Shown in pieces: positions 30,732 through 41,758 of a stretch of DNA of 64,000 nt (the stretch's first letter is position 1; every line of letters begins with the position of its first letter). This stretch comes from Gammaproteobacteria bacterium. Lineage in GTDB: Bacteria; Pseudomonadota; Gammaproteobacteria; JAJFJF01. The position numbers were made by a program, and so were the translations under genes. The stretch lies in NCBI GenBank assembly GCA_021774255.1, contig JAJFJF010000007.1, forward strand, positions 33,133 to 97,132, read 5' to 3'. Below the pieces are notes generated by a model. It was not told the origin of the DNA and searched no databases. It saw only the letters and a list, made by a program, of their open reading frames with translations.

Positions 30732-31193
30732 TTAGAAAGGAATATCGTCGTCAAAGTTAGCGCCAGCGCCTTCAGGGGCCGGTGCTTGGCTGCTACCTTG
30801 TGGCGGGGCTTGCTGGTAATTCGATTGGCTTGGCATATCAGGTTGACCCGCACCTTGGCGGCTATCGAGCATTTGCATTTCGCTGGCGATGATTTCAGTG
30901 GTGTAGCGATCTTGGCCGTTTTTATCTTGCCACTTACGCGTGCGTAAGCTGCCTTCTATATACACCTTTGAACCTTTGCGCAGGTATTCGCCTACAATTT
31001 CAGCCAGACGATTAAAGAACGACACGCGGTGCCATTCGGTGCGCTCTTGTTGCTCCCCACTTTGTTTATCTTTCCAGCTCTCACTGGTGGCGATGGATAT
31101 ATTGGCTACGGCGCCGCCGCTCGGCATAAAACGCACCTCAGGGTCGTTGCCTAAATTACCAATAATAATGACTTTGTTAATACCTCTTGCCAT
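30732..31193 (-). CDS. ssb: Single-stranded DNA-binding protein
   Basis: OB-fold N-terminus '[22 protein letters not shown]', Gly/Gln-rich linker, acidic tail DDDIPF. Confidence 0.9.
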   Translation of the reverse strand: MARGINKVIIIGNLGNDPEVRFMPSGGAVANISIATSESWKDKQSGEQQERTEWHRVSFFNRLAEIVGEYLRKGSKVYIEGSLRTRKWQDKNGQDRYTTEIIASEMQMLDSRQGAGQPDMPSQSNYQQAPPQGSSQAPAPEGAGANFDDDIPF

Positions 31194-31252
31194 AACTGTC
31201 TCCTAATACTATTCAAATAAATTATTCACTTTATGCACGGGGGAGCGCTTGC

Positions 31253-32491
31253 TTAGCCGCTTTCAATTTGAGTTTCTTGGGTCTGCCCTTTTTCAGATTG
31301 GACACCCTTTAACATGACCAGCAACCAAAGCAGCATCATCATACCACAAAATAAAAAGACGCCAGCGGCACCTTGCTGCGCATAACACCAGCCGCCGACA
31401 ATGCCTCCCACAAAGGCCCCTAAAAACTGCGCCGTGGAATACACCCCCAGTGCCGTGCCTTTGTGAGCCGCTGGGGCAATGCGTGAAATCAAAGAAGGCA
31501 GCAGCGCTTCTAGTACATTAAAGGCTATAAAAAATAAGAATAAATTAATCACGAGCTGCGTGAGGGTGCTATGAAAACCCCATAAACTCCACTGCACAAT
31601 ACCTAATAAGGTAACGGCGCCCATCAAGAGCCAGGCCACGCGCCCGCGGCGCTCGGACCAAAGCAGCAAAGGAAACACGACCGCAAAACTTAATATTAAT
31701 ACAACAAGATAGAGATAAGCATGCTGGAATATCGGCATGCCCAGCTGTTCATGCAAAATCAGCGGCACCACCACAAACATCGCCATCAAAACGGCATGCA
31801 GACAAAAAATACCGATGTCTAAGCGCAATAAGCTGCCCTCGCGCAAAACAGATTTGAGTGAGCCGCGCACGATGCCGGTCTGGGAAGCGGTTTGCGCTGC
31901 GCCACCGGTTTCAGGCGCAGCCGGTAAACCACGATAAGCAATGAGGCTTGCGAGCATCGCCATCGCGGCAATCGCCCAAAACACACCGCGGATCCCAACC
32001 AGGCCTGCCACCAGCGGCCCCACAATCAAGGCCAGGCAGAAACACGCACCGACGACCATGCCTAAAATTGCGATCGCTTTGGTGCGCTGGCTATCGCGTG
32101 TTAAATCCGCTGCCGTGGCCAGTACCACACTGCTAATGGCACCCGCCCCTTGCAAGGCACGCCCAATAATCAAGGTCAAAGAAGACTCTGCCAGCGCGGC
32201 AATGACGCTCCCGATCAAAAAGATTAACAAGCCGGTGATAATTAAGGGCTTGCGTCCAAATCGATCTGACAGCATGCCAAAGGGCACTTGAAATATCGCT
32301 TGTGTCAGGCCATAGATCCCGAGGGCTAAGCCAATCACAAACGGCGAAGCCAGCAGCTCCGTATTCACGTACACGGCCAACACCGGTAAGATCATGAATA
32401 GGCCCAGCATTCTCAGAGAAAGAATGCTGGCAAGCGCACCGATGGCCCGCTTTTCAAGGGAATTTAACTGCGACGTCATGCACCGGATCAT
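31253..32491 (-). CDS. MFS transporter
   Basis: 12 TM segments. 'MLSDRFGRKPLII' motif. Confidence 0.8.
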   Translation of the reverse strand: MIRCMTSQLNSLEKRAIGALASILSLRMLGLFMILPVLAVYVNTELLASPFVIGLALGIYGLTQAIFQVPFGMLSDRFGRKPLIITGLLIFLIGSVIAALAESSLTLIIGRALQGAGAISSVVLATAADLTRDSQRTKAIAILGMVVGACFCLALIVGPLVAGLVGIRGVFWAIAAMAMLASLIAYRGLPAAPETGGAAQTASQTGIVRGSLKSVLREGSLLRLDIGIFCLHAVLMAMFVVVPLILHEQLGMPIFQHAYLYLVVLILSFAVVFPLLLWSERRGRVAWLLMGAVTLLGIVQWSLWGFHSTLTQLVINLFLFFIAFNVLEALLPSLISRIAPAAHKGTALGVYSTAQFLGAFVGGIVGGWCYAQQGAAGVFLFCGMMMLLWLLVMLKGVQSEKGQTQETQIESG

Positions 32492-32691
32492 ACCAGCTTG
32501 CTGATAAAATAACTGCTGCTGGCGGGAACTCTGGCTGCGAAAAAGTTATAAAAATAACTTATAAATTGACTGCTTTTCATAACGCGCAGAAATCGCATCA
32601 GGGAAGTGTGCATTGCGCTTCTAGCAAGGCTTGTCTATGCTACCTGCTTAATCCACATGCATGATTGATGGCATTCCTGTAGGCGCTCACC

Positions 32692-33138
32692 ATGGCAAAA
32701 TCGCTGACGCAATTATTTCAACAAAGCCAATTTGAACGGATGGTGGTGCGTTCTAAACAGCTGGCAAGCCTTAACCGTCATCTAGAAACGCACTTACCCG
32801 CGCCTTTAGCGCAGCACTGCCATATTGCAAATTATCGCGACAATGAATTAGTGCTAGTGGCCGATAATGCGACCTGGGCAACACGCCTGCGCTATCTTGC
32901 ACCCGACTTAATCACCGCACTGCAAAAAACACCTGTTTTTAAAGGGCTGAAAAATGTTCACTGCCGTGTGGCGCAACCGTCCGCCTCCTCCCCTGCTTCA
33001 GCAACGCAAACAGATGCACCGATATCACGTCATATTTCAACACAAAGCGCGGAGATACTGAAAGCAACAGCAGACAGTGTGTCGGATGAAAAATTGAGTG
33101 AATCGCTGCTGCGGCTGAGTCAGCGGTGTCGTTCGTAA
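32692..33138 (+). CDS. dciA: DciA-like (DUF721) protein
   Basis: Size and N-terminal pattern consistent with DUF721. Moderate confidence from sequence alone. Confidence 0.5.
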   Translation: MAKSLTQLFQQSQFERMVVRSKQLASLNRHLETHLPAPLAQHCHIANYRDNELVLVADNATWATRLRYLAPDLITALQKTPVFKGLKNVHCRVAQPSASSPASATQTDAPISRHISTQSAEILKATADSVSDEKLSESLLRLSQRCRS

Positions 33139-33385
33139 GAAAAGAACCTCTCACCCCTTGCTGGCGCTGCACTATCCCTATTTCGGTGGTTTGTACTCAA
33201 ATAAGTCTGTCTCATTACCTCCTAAAAAGTTATTAAGTTAACTTAAAAATGCGTATTTTTTCGATGGGATCAATATTCCATCTAAAGTGCCTGTCGCTTT
33301 TGTTTTATCACTCGATGAAGTGTGACAAATTACGCCATCCATATATTGGCCACACAAAAGAGATATGCAAAATACAGCCCAATGT

Positions 33386-34018
33386 TTATTCAGGAGCAGG
33401 AGGTGGTAATTGAAAATGAGGATGCTGGAGATTGAGCTCCTGGAACATATCTTCAACAGCAGGCAGCTCACCTCCAGGTGAAGGAACCGCCATACTAGGC
33501 AACAGCCCACCATCATGACTCCAGGTTGTTGGCCCAGTAGGCCCGGCAAAGTCTGCAGTACCCAGTGGTACTGGCAAGCCAGCCCCGAAAGATCTTCTCC
33601 TTTGATTGAAAATCCCTGCATCCTGAGCCATCACCGCCACCTGATCTTGGACAGAGGCAGGGATCCCCATAGAGACCGAGGGTGGCAAGGCAGTAAAGCT
33701 AGTACCAGGCTCGAACACTACCGCCGTTCGTTGCGCACGAGAACCCGGCTGCCCAAAGCCCGAAAAACCGTCTTCCCCAAAAATACCCTCGCCCTGAGGT
33801 GTCATTTGAATGTGAACCCGGCTCCCCGGTACAGCCGCACCTCCTTCTATGGCGGGTGTGGGTGGCGGCGCCAAAGTCGGCGGCTGACCAGCCCCACCAG
33901 TATGCCGTGCAGCAGGGTCCCCTGGGTTTGAAAAGCCTACTAAAAACTGGTTGATATACTGCTTCTCCTTTTCCTCTTCTTCGTCAGCCAAGTCTCCTTG
34001 CGTTCCACGACTCGCCAT
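33386..34018 (-). CDS. GC-rich, Pro/Gly-rich low-complexity eukaryote-like ORF (hypothetical; may be non-functional)
   Basis: About 55% GC against about 45% in the flanks. Composition PPTLAPPPTPA...GFGQPG...PPPAPE. Start placed at the internal MASRGTQGD of a TTG-initiated ORF. Confidence 0.4.
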   Translation of the reverse strand: MASRGTQGDLADEEEEKEKQYINQFLVGFSNPGDPAARHTGGAGQPPTLAPPPTPAIEGGAAVPGSRVHIQMTPQGEGIFGEDGFSGFGQPGSRAQRTAVVFEPGTSFTALPPSVSMGIPASVQDQVAVMAQDAGIFNQRRRSFGAGLPVPLGTADFAGPTGPTTWSHDGGLLPSMAVPSPGGELPAVEDMFQELNLQHPHFQLPPPAPE

Positions 34019-34322
34019 GTTTGCAAAACCACACCTTGCTATTATGAGTTCTTCTGACTCTCTCTCTATATGCTGTAACACCAAGAGGTAATTGAAAGGT
34101 TTTCCAAAAAACAAGCATTCACCTACTTCCGATTTTAAACGTATTCCTCCCTCTCCCCTCCAAGAGGGCAGAAGTCTATCTCCGAGCGCCTTGGGCCCCT
34201 TCCCTACGCCAAGGCTTCGGGAGGCAAGCAGGGAAAGCCCAAGGCAAGCTTGCCAGCGCAACAATGAGCCGGGGGGGGGTTATTTTCTTTGTGGCTTTAT
34301 TTTAGTTCGCTACAAGAGTCAT

Positions 34323-34374
34323 TTACCCCCTCACCCTAACCCTCCCCCCCCCACGGGGGGAGAGGGGATAATTG
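34323..34374 (+). repeat. REP-like palindromic element, copy 1 (TTACCCCCTCACCCTAACCCTCCCCCCCCCACGGGGGGAGAGGGGATAATTG)
   Basis: Internal inverted repeat CCCTCCCCC/GGGGGAGAGGG. About 85% identical to the reverse complement of the copy at 39771-39822. Confidence 0.6.
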
Positions 34375-34491
34375 ATAGGGTAAATGGTTATCTGCCCCCC
34401 CGTGAATGCTTATCTCCCCAAACTTACACGTCGATGTTCTTCCATATGTGTAGACAACCGATCTCTGATAAAACCCAAAACAGCAAGCAAT

Positions 34492-35454
34492 ATGGATGAA
34501 GAAATTCCTCCGTTCATGGTCGCACGAGCCTTTTCAAACGGTGTTCTGCTTGCTATTTTCTCAATCTTTTTTTTCTTGCTGTTGGCACTTTTCCCGTTTG
34601 TTTGGGGTGAGAAACAAATAGGGGGATGCATTAGCTTCGAAGTATTTTCAAGCGGCAAAAAGCTGACCACGACCGCCTTTGATGCTTTCGCGACCCCAGG
34701 CGGGTATGCTTTAGTTTTTATTTACCTCGGTAGCCTTGCCCTGTTTTTGTTAAAGCGTGCTCTCTTTGACCATGACCGTCTCTCTTTGAAAATCAAACAC
34801 GCCTATTGCTTGTACCTGGTGTGGTTTGTACAAGTGCTGGCATTTTTTACCGTGTTCTTTTGGCTGTTGTCTGCCGCTTGCTTTTTGTTTACGCCACGAT
34901 TTTCTTTTACGACGCGACTTTTCTTGATGAAGATTATCCCCGCCGTCATCATTTTTATTATTGGAGCAAGCAATGTAGCCCTAATGCAAGGCAGCTACGC
35001 GCTTTTTATAAAATACCCCGCGCTTCAGATCACAGCATGGTGGGCAAACGACATGACCGTTGCCATTGTTACCGCCCGCTTAGCCGCACTGTTTCTGCTT
35101 TTTTGTGCTGGAATACGCCCGTTTTTTTCAAACGATGAGCAAGGCATGTTCATGAGCAAAATGTTTGTCTTTTGCCTGATTTTTCACTTGCTATTGCTCT
35201 TGGTGCTTGAGTATCTCGGCGATGCGTGGATTGCGTCTACGATCAAGCAACCCATACCCTTCGGGTGGAAAATAAGCTACCAAGCAGCCACCCTCTTTGT
35301 GATGCTTGTTGATTTGTATTACCTCTCGCTGCTTGATGAACTGCCACAGGAAGATATCGAATTTGCTATGCTTGTTCTCAATCCATTGCTTGGCGTTTTT
35401 TGCCTGGTGCATATGCTCAAGGTCGACGTACCCGAAAAAAGCCGTACCGATTAA
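34492..35454 (+). CDS. Polytopic inner-membrane protein of unknown function (about 8-9 TM)
   Basis: Start at MDEEIPPFMVARAF. Multiple 20-residue hydrophobic segments. No recognisable family. Confidence 0.65.
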   Translation: MDEEIPPFMVARAFSNGVLLAIFSIFFFLLLALFPFVWGEKQIGGCISFEVFSSGKKLTTTAFDAFATPGGYALVFIYLGSLALFLLKRALFDHDRLSLKIKHAYCLYLVWFVQVLAFFTVFFWLLSAACFLFTPRFSFTTRLFLMKIIPAVIIFIIGASNVALMQGSYALFIKYPALQITAWWANDMTVAIVTARLAALFLLFCAGIRPFFSNDEQGMFMSKMFVFCLIFHLLLLLVLEYLGDAWIASTIKQPIPFGWKISYQAATLFVMLVDLYYLSLLDELPQEDIEFAMLVLNPLLGVFCLVHMLKVDVPEKSRTD

Positions 35455-35611
35455 CACTGAAAAATGCATAAATATCTTCTTTTTCAAAAACGCGTTTATT
35501 TTGTCATTTGTCTAACACAATAAAAAGGGGGAAGCTAACATTTGTAGAAATAGGCAGGTCTTTTATTAGGGCGGCCACAGGGGGCCGCCCCTACAAAATA
35601 GGTAGAGAAAA

Positions 35612-36532
35612 TTAAGGTGTACCCAGTGCCGTTACCGGCTTGAGGTAAGAGATAGGCATGTCAGCCGGTTCGTCGAAGGTGACGATTTCCCAGGCGCTTT
35701 CGTCGGCCAGGAGGGTGGTAAGAAGTTGGTTATTTAAAGCATGGCCAGATTTATGGCCTTCAAATTCACCGATGATGCTGTGACCCAGCAAATAGAGATC
35801 ACCAATCACATCTAATACTTTGTGTTTCACGAACTCGTCGTCATAACGCAGGCCGTCTTCGTTTAAGATGCGGTATTCATCGACGACAATCGCGTTATCC
35901 AGGCTACCGCCTAGCGCTAAGTTATTCGCGCGCAGCAGCTCAATATCGCGCAAAAAACCAAACGTGCGTGCACGGCTGACTTCTTTCACATACGAGGTGC
36001 TTGAAAAATTAATCTCAGCTTTTTGTAAGCGATCGTTAAAAACGGGGTGGTCAAAATCAATGGAAAATCCAACCTTAAAGCCATTAAAAGGCGCGAGGCT
36101 CGCGGTTTTATCACCGTCTTCCACAGACACTTTTCGCTTAATGCGGATAAAACGCTTGAGGCTGCTTTGCTCAGCAATACCTGCAGATTGTAATAAAAAC
36201 ACAAATGGGCCGGCGCTGCCGTCCATAATAGGAAGCTCAGGGCCCGCCACATCAACATAAGCGTTATCAATACCCAAGCCTGCTAACGCAGACAATAAAT
36301 GCTCAACGGTTGAAACGCGCGCACCGTCTTTGACAAGACTGGTTGATAAAGTGGTATCACCGACATACTCGTTTCGGGCAGGAATATCGACCGGGGGATC
36401 AAGGTCAACGCGACGGAACACGATACCTGTGCCGACGGCCGCTGGGCGCAAGGTAATATCGACTTTTTTGCCTGTGTGAACGCCTATCCCGGTGGCGCTA
36501 ATCGCATTTTTGAGTGTTCGTTGTGAGACCAT
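35612..36532 (-). CDS. lpxC: UDP-3-O-acyl-N-acetylglucosamine deacetylase
   Basis: Collinear with E. coli LpxC (QRTLK..GxGxHTGKKV..., HALNN). Confidence 0.95.
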   Translation of the reverse strand: MVSQRTLKNAISATGIGVHTGKKVDITLRPAAVGTGIVFRRVDLDPPVDIPARNEYVGDTTLSTSLVKDGARVSTVEHLLSALAGLGIDNAYVDVAGPELPIMDGSAGPFVFLLQSAGIAEQSSLKRFIRIKRKVSVEDGDKTASLAPFNGFKVGFSIDFDHPVFNDRLQKAEINFSSTSYVKEVSRARTFGFLRDIELLRANNLALGGSLDNAIVVDEYRILNEDGLRYDDEFVKHKVLDVIGDLYLLGHSIIGEFEGHKSGHALNNQLLTTLLADESAWEIVTFDEPADMPISYLKPVTALGTP

Positions 36533-36596
36533 ATAAGGAGTATACCGGAAGTGTTACTTTAGTCAATTAACTAATACTTTATTATTAACCTGTTGA

Positions 36597-37766
36597 TTAT
36601 TCTGCTTTTTCTGATTGACGACGCAAAAAGGCAGGAATATCCAAATAGTCTGTTGAAGGTTCTTGGTGACTCATAACAGACTCGGGTTTCTTGGGTGCCG
36701 ACTCAGGGGCTGTTTGCTTACGCAGTACAGTCGGCCGTTCAAAGCGACCGTAATCAATGCTGCCATCTGATTTGGTATTTTCAATCAAGCTCAGGCGCTC
36801 TTTAGGCTGGCTTTGGCCTAAACCTGTTGCGACCACGGTCACACGCAGATCATCGCTCATTTCAGGGTCAATGACGGTACCGACCACCACGGTGGCATTT
36901 TCAGACGTAAAGCTCTTGACAGTATCACCCACTTCTTCAAATTCACCAATCGACATATCCATGCCGGCGGTAATATTCACGAGCACACCGCGTGCACCGG
37001 ATAGATTGATATCTTCTAATAAGGGACTGCTGATCGCCGCTTCGGCAGCCGCCGCCGCGCGACCTTCACCACGCGCCACACCGGTGCCCATCATCGCCAT
37101 GCCCATTTCAGACATGACCGTGCGCACGTCTGCAAAGTCGACGTTAATTAAACCAGGACGGGTAATGAGCTCAGCAATGCCCTGTACCGCACCTAATAAC
37201 ACATCATTGGCGGCTTTAAACGCATCCAGCAAACTGATGCCTTTGCCCAATACCATTAATAATTTTTCATTGGGAATGGTAATCAGTGAGTCTACATTGC
37301 GGCTTAATTCAGCCATGCCGGCTTCTGCCACTTGCATACGACGACGCCCTTCAAAGGGGAAAGGCTTGGTCACCACGGCGACGGTCAGTATGCCTAATTC
37401 TTTTGCAATTTCAGCGACGACTGGCGCACCACCGGTACCCGTACCACCGCCCATACCGGCCGTGATAAAGACCATGTCGGCGCCTTCTAACACTTCGCGA
37501 ATGCGTTCGCGATCTTCTTCCGCAGCTTGCTTGCCGATTTCAGGATTGGCGCCCGCACCGAGGCCTTTTGTGATCCCGGTACCCAACTGAAGATGGACAC
37601 TTGATTTCGAGTTTTTAAGTACTTGCGCGTCGGTATTGGCACAGATAAATTCCACACCTTCGATATTGGCGGACACCATATGCTCAACCGCATTACCGCC
37701 ACCCCCACCGACACCGATGACTTTAATAACCGCATTATCTGGACTGCTATCCATTAACTCAAACAT
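36597..37766 (-). CDS. ftsZ: Cell division GTPase FtsZ
   Basis: GGGTGTG tubulin signature. About 70% identity to E. coli FtsZ by eye. Confidence 0.97.
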   Translation of the reverse strand: MFELMDSSPDNAVIKVIGVGGGGGNAVEHMVSANIEGVEFICANTDAQVLKNSKSSVHLQLGTGITKGLGAGANPEIGKQAAEEDRERIREVLEGADMVFITAGMGGGTGTGGAPVVAEIAKELGILTVAVVTKPFPFEGRRRMQVAEAGMAELSRNVDSLITIPNEKLLMVLGKGISLLDAFKAANDVLLGAVQGIAELITRPGLINVDFADVRTVMSEMGMAMMGTGVARGEGRAAAAAEAAISSPLLEDINLSGARGVLVNITAGMDMSIGEFEEVGDTVKSFTSENATVVVGTVIDPEMSDDLRVTVVATGLGQSQPKERLSLIENTKSDGSIDYGRFERPTVLRKQTAPESAPKKPESVMSHQEPSTDYLDIPAFLRRQSEKAE

Positions 37767-37790
37767 GGAGTTCTCCTCTCACGCCTCTTA

Positions 37791-39026
37791 CTAAAAATTA
37801 CCTTGAAACCAACTTCTCATACGCGACCACATACCACCAAAACCCTGCCCTGACAGCATTTCGGAAGGACGACCTGCATTTTGCTTATGACCGTATAATA
37901 ATAAACCCACACCAGTAGAATACATGGGATTACGTACCACATCTGACAAGCCGGTAACGTATTGGGGTGAAGCCAAACGAACAGGCATGCGGAAAATTTC
38001 TTCGGCCAGTTCAATCGCGCCTTCCATTTTAGAGGCGCCCCCTGTTAACACAACACCTGCGGCAATAGTATCATCAAATCCGGCACGCCGTAACTCAGAT
38101 TGCACTAAGGTGAATAATTCTTCGTAGCGGGGCTGGATAACTTCAGATAAGGTTTGACGTGATAAACGACGCGGCGCACGTTCGCCCACAGAAGGCACCT
38201 CAATCGCATCATCGAGTTGTGTGAGCTGCGTGAGTGCACAACCGTATTTTATTTTGAGCTCATCGGCATGTTTGGTTGGGGTACGTAATGCCACCGCCAC
38301 ATCACCGGTGACTTGATCGCCAGCGATCGGGATCACGGTCGAAAAACGAATCGACCCTTCCGTAAAGACAGCCACATCGGTGGTACCACCACCAATATCG
38401 ATTAAACAGACGCCCAACTCTTTTTCATCTTCGGTGAGCACCGCATAACTGGAAGCAAGAGGCTGTAAAATAATATCATTCACCTGCAAGCCACAACGGC
38501 GCACGCATTTAACAATATTTTGAGCGGCACTGACCGCACCGGTCACCATATGCACTCTGGCTTCAAGGCGTACACCCGACATGCCAATGGGCTCGCGAAT
38601 ACCGCCTTGCTCATCGATGATAAATTCTTGCGGTAAGATATGTAAGACTTTTTGATCAGAGGGGATGGCCACCGCACGAGCCGCATCAATGACGCGATCG
38701 ATATCGGCATGGGTGACTTCATTGTCACGCACGGCCACAATACCATGCGAATTTAAGCTATTTATATGACTGCCTGCGATACCGGTGTAGACAGAGTGGA
38801 TCTGACAACCGGCCATCAGCTCGGCTTCTTCCACCGCGCGTTGAATGGCATTCACCGTCGACTCAATATTGACGACCACGCCTTTTTTGAGGCCGCGGGC
38901 CGGCTGATAGCCTATCCCGATAATGTCGAGCTCACCTTCGCTGGTGACTTCGCCCACAATGGCGGCAACCTTTGTTGTGCCAATATCTAGCCCAACGAGG
39001 AGCGGCTTTTCTGTCTGTTTAGCCAT
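37791..39026 (-). CDS. ftsA: Cell division protein FtsA
   Basis: Actin-fold motifs 'VGLDIGTTKV', 'DIGGGTTD'. Confidence 0.95.
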   Translation of the reverse strand: MAKQTEKPLLVGLDIGTTKVAAIVGEVTSEGELDIIGIGYQPARGLKKGVVVNIESTVNAIQRAVEEAELMAGCQIHSVYTGIAGSHINSLNSHGIVAVRDNEVTHADIDRVIDAARAVAIPSDQKVLHILPQEFIIDEQGGIREPIGMSGVRLEARVHMVTGAVSAAQNIVKCVRRCGLQVNDIILQPLASSYAVLTEDEKELGVCLIDIGGGTTDVAVFTEGSIRFSTVIPIAGDQVTGDVAVALRTPTKHADELKIKYGCALTQLTQLDDAIEVPSVGERAPRRLSRQTLSEVIQPRYEELFTLVQSELRRAGFDDTIAAGVVLTGGASKMEGAIELAEEIFRMPVRLASPQYVTGLSDVVRNPMYSTGVGLLLYGHKQNAGRPSEMLSGQGFGGMWSRMRSWFQGNF

Positions 39027-39735
39027 TGACCCAACCTATTGCAATCCCATTTGTATAACGCAAATCCGCATAGGCTATCTGACGCTCAGGCGGAATATCT
39101 GCTAACAATACCAAAAAACGACTAATACGCGCCATTAAATCTTGCTTCCCCAACATTAAGATCACACCATTGTCTAACTGTAACTGCCAGGAGCCTCGCT
39201 CGGCCAGCGTTAATTGCTGAATACCTAAGCCTCGCGGCAAAAGAAACTCAGAGAGAGCGAAAAACTGTTCCCAAACCGCATGAATTTGTTCATCCATGCC
39301 ACTTAACACCGGTAAGCTCGGTGGGAACGTGGCAGGCTTTGGTGTAAACAACTCACCCTGCTCGTTCATGAGCGCACTGTCTTGCCATTGCGCCTTGGCT
39401 TGCTGCTCCCAGATCTGGATGCGCAAAGTATCTGGCCAAACACGCCGCACCGTTGCATTTTCTACCCAAGGCGTTGTGCGGGCTTGCCGATGAAGCGCTT
39501 TCACATCCACTGAAAAAAAACCGCCCGTTGCCAAGGGCGCTAATTCAGCATGCAGTGCCGCTTTATCGAGATAGTGAAAATCACCTTTTACTTCAACGAC
39601 CCGGATAGGCAACATCATTGGATCGCGTAGTTGGCTAGTCACCCAATGCAGCAACAGTACTATAGTGGAGAATGATACCACACCTAATAGCCACCACTTA
39701 AGGTGCTTGAGCATAATTTGGGCAATTTTTTGCAT
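39019..39735 (-). CDS. ftsQ: Cell division protein FtsQ
   Basis: Position between ddl and ftsA, single N-terminal TM, POTRA-like region. Confidence 0.85.
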   Translation of the reverse strand: MQKIAQIMLKHLKWWLLGVVSFSTIVLLLHWVTSQLRDPMMLPIRVVEVKGDFHYLDKAALHAELAPLATGGFFSVDVKALHRQARTTPWVENATVRRVWPDTLRIQIWEQQAKAQWQDSALMNEQGELFTPKPATFPPSLPVLSGMDEQIHAVWEQFFALSEFLLPRGLGIQQLTLAERGSWQLQLDNGVILMLGKQDLMARISRFLVLLADIPPERQIAYADLRYTNGIAIGWVNG

Positions 39736-39770
39736 TATTCTGTGTTTTGGCTTAAAAATTCATTTTAACA

Positions 39771-39822
39771 TTATTATCCCCTCTCCCCCTTGGGGGAGAG
39801 GGTTAGGATGAGGGGGTAATTG
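39771..39822 (-). repeat. REP-like palindromic element, copy 2 (inverted orientation) in the ddl-ftsQ intergenic region
   Basis: ttattatcccctctcccccttgggggagagggttaggatgagggggtaattg. Confidence 0.6.
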
Positions 39823-39878
39823 GCCTTAGCAAAAAACTAAAGAGAAAAATACTTCCAAAATATAAAGGCAAACAAATA

Positions 39879-40871
39879 CTACAGCGTAGCTTTCTGGGAA
39901 GCGTGAGCACATACCTCTTCAGAAGTGTGGCTTTGCGTACCCCTCTCACAAAAGCTAGTTTCCAACACCTGCCAAATCATCTGCGGAAAATCGATACCGG
40001 TTGCGGCCGCTGCTTTAGGCACCAAGCTCGTGCTTGAGAGCCCCGGCACGGTGTTGATGTCGATAACCCAGTTTTGGCCTTGCGCATCCCGCATCATATC
40101 CACTCGGCCCCAACCGCTGCCACCCATGACGTCAAAGGCCTGCTTTGCCAATGACTGTGTCGCTTGTTCTTCTTCAAGCGTCAGACCTGATGGGCAATGG
40201 TATTGGGTCGTGTGCTCTTCGTATTTGGCAACGTAATCATAAAATGGGCGTGGTGTTTCAATGCGGATCACGGGCAAAGGCTTCTCACCCAAAATACCGA
40301 TGGTATATTCACCACCGTCAATGCCTTTTTCAGCCAGCACACAGCGGTCATATCGCACCGCTTCTTCATACGCTGCCCTCAAGTCTTTTACATCATCAAC
40401 ACGGCTAACACCCACACTGGAACCCAATGAATCGGGTTTCACAAACAACGGCAAGCCCAGCTGCGCCACCATCTCTTCAGGCACAAAATCTGGAGGCAAA
40501 ATAGCAAAATCGGGCGTGGGCAACCCTGCACCGCGCCATAAACGCTTGGAAACCAATTTAGTCATCGATACGGCACACGCTAACACACCACTGCCCGTAT
40601 AAGGCAAGCCAATCATTTCTAAACCTGCTTGCAAAGTACCGTCTTCACCGATACCGGCATGCAGCGCAATGAAGGCACGATCAAACTGCTCTTTGCGTAA
40701 GCGATCTAAAATATCGGGGCCGATATCAATGCCATGCGCATCCACTTGTTTTGACTTTAAAGCTTCTAGTGCCAAACTGCCTGACTGCAATGACACGGCA
40801 CGCTCAGCCGAATCGCCTCCCATCAGCACGGCCACTTTTCCAAACTGCGCGGGATCAACAATCTTTTTCAT
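39879..40871 (-). CDS. ddl: D-alanine--D-alanine ligase
   Basis: ATP-grasp fold. 'LMGGDSAEREVSL'-type N-terminus. Confidence 0.93.
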   Translation of the reverse strand: MKKIVDPAQFGKVAVLMGGDSAERAVSLQSGSLALEALKSKQVDAHGIDIGPDILDRLRKEQFDRAFIALHAGIGEDGTLQAGLEMIGLPYTGSGVLACAVSMTKLVSKRLWRGAGLPTPDFAILPPDFVPEEMVAQLGLPLFVKPDSLGSSVGVSRVDDVKDLRAAYEEAVRYDRCVLAEKGIDGGEYTIGILGEKPLPVIRIETPRPFYDYVAKYEEHTTQYHCPSGLTLEEEQATQSLAKQAFDVMGGSGWGRVDMMRDAQGQNWVIDINTVPGLSSTSLVPKAAAATGIDFPQMIWQVLETSFCERGTQSHTSEEVCAHASQKATL

Positions 40872-41758
40872 TCAGCTTCTCCTAAAATATGGACTTCACG
40901 CACTAAATGCACACCCTGCTTTGCGGCAACGGTTTCTTCAACGTGCTGGATAAGTTGCTCAATGTGCTTGGCGGTCGCGTGGCCTTGATTGATAATGAAG
41001 TTAGCATGTTTTTCAGACACAATGGCATCGCCTATTTGAAACCCTTTTAGGCCACTTGCTTCAATTAAACGTGCAGCATAATCACCCGGTGGGTTACGAA
41101 AAACGGAGCCGCAGCTGAGTTGCCCAATGGGCTGTGTTTTGTTACGTTTGCGTAACAATATTTTAATGTCTTCTGAGGCGGCGTCACGGAGATCTCGCTC
41201 GAAATGAAAGGTCGCCGCTAAAAACCATTCGTTTTCAATATCATGGTGTTTGCCCTTTATTTGACGGTAAGCAACTTCATACTCTTTGGGTGTGCGTATA
41301 ACACGTTTACCGGCTTTGTTGACCGTTTCCACTTCCACGACATGCGGCCAGGTTTCGCCACCAAAGGCCCCGGCATTCATGCGCAACGCTCCACCAACCG
41401 TGCCCGGCACGCCCGCAAAAAATGCCCCGCCTTGTAATCCCGCGCGTGCACAAAAGCGCGCTAGCTTGGCACAGGTGACACCGGCTTCCGCATGTATTGT
41501 TTCAGATCCTGCTTGCATTAAGCCGTTCAAGGCACCTTGTGTGAGAATGGTCACGCCAGGGATCCCCCCGTCGCGGATCAACACATTGCTGCCTAAGCCT
41601 AAAAACGTAATGGGTTTGACAGTAGATTGCGTTAAAAAGTGGATGAGATCTTCCGAATCTGCCGGTTGATAGCACAGTGCAGCGGGCCCACCGACACGCC
41701 AGCTGGTATGAGATGCGAGAGACACATGCTCTCGTAATGTACCGCGTAAAGATGTCAT
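40868..41758 (-). CDS. murB: UDP-N-acetylenolpyruvoylglucosamine reductase
   Basis: FAD-binding N-terminus and MurB C-terminal domain. Sits in the dcw cluster as in many non-enteric Proteobacteria. Confidence 0.92.
   Translation of the reverse strand: MTSLRGTLREHVSLASHTSWRVGGPAALCYQPADSEDLIHFLTQSTVKPITFLGLGSNVLIRDGGIPGVTILTQGALNGLMQAGSETIHAEAGVTCAKLARFCARAGLQGGAFFAGVPGTVGGALRMNAGAFGGETWPHVVEVETVNKAGKRVIRTPKEYEVAYRQIKGKHHDIENEWFLAATFHFERDLRDAASEDIKILLRKRNKTQPIGQLSCGSVFRNPPGDYAARLIEASGLKGFQIGDAIVSEKHANFIINQGHATAKHIEQLIQHVEETVAAKQGVHLVREVHILGEAE

Noticed and set aside
34330-34345. CCCTAACCCT telomere-like hexamer within REP copy 1
   Set aside because: It is a single occurrence embedded in a palindromic REP-like element, not a tandem telomeric array.
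35540-35600. GC hairpin GGGCGGCC-ACAGG-GGCCGCCC between the membrane protein gene and lpxC as an intrinsic terminator
   Set aside because: There is a perfect 8-bp stem but no U-tract on either strand. It may be a REP-like hairpin and is not annotated as a terminator.
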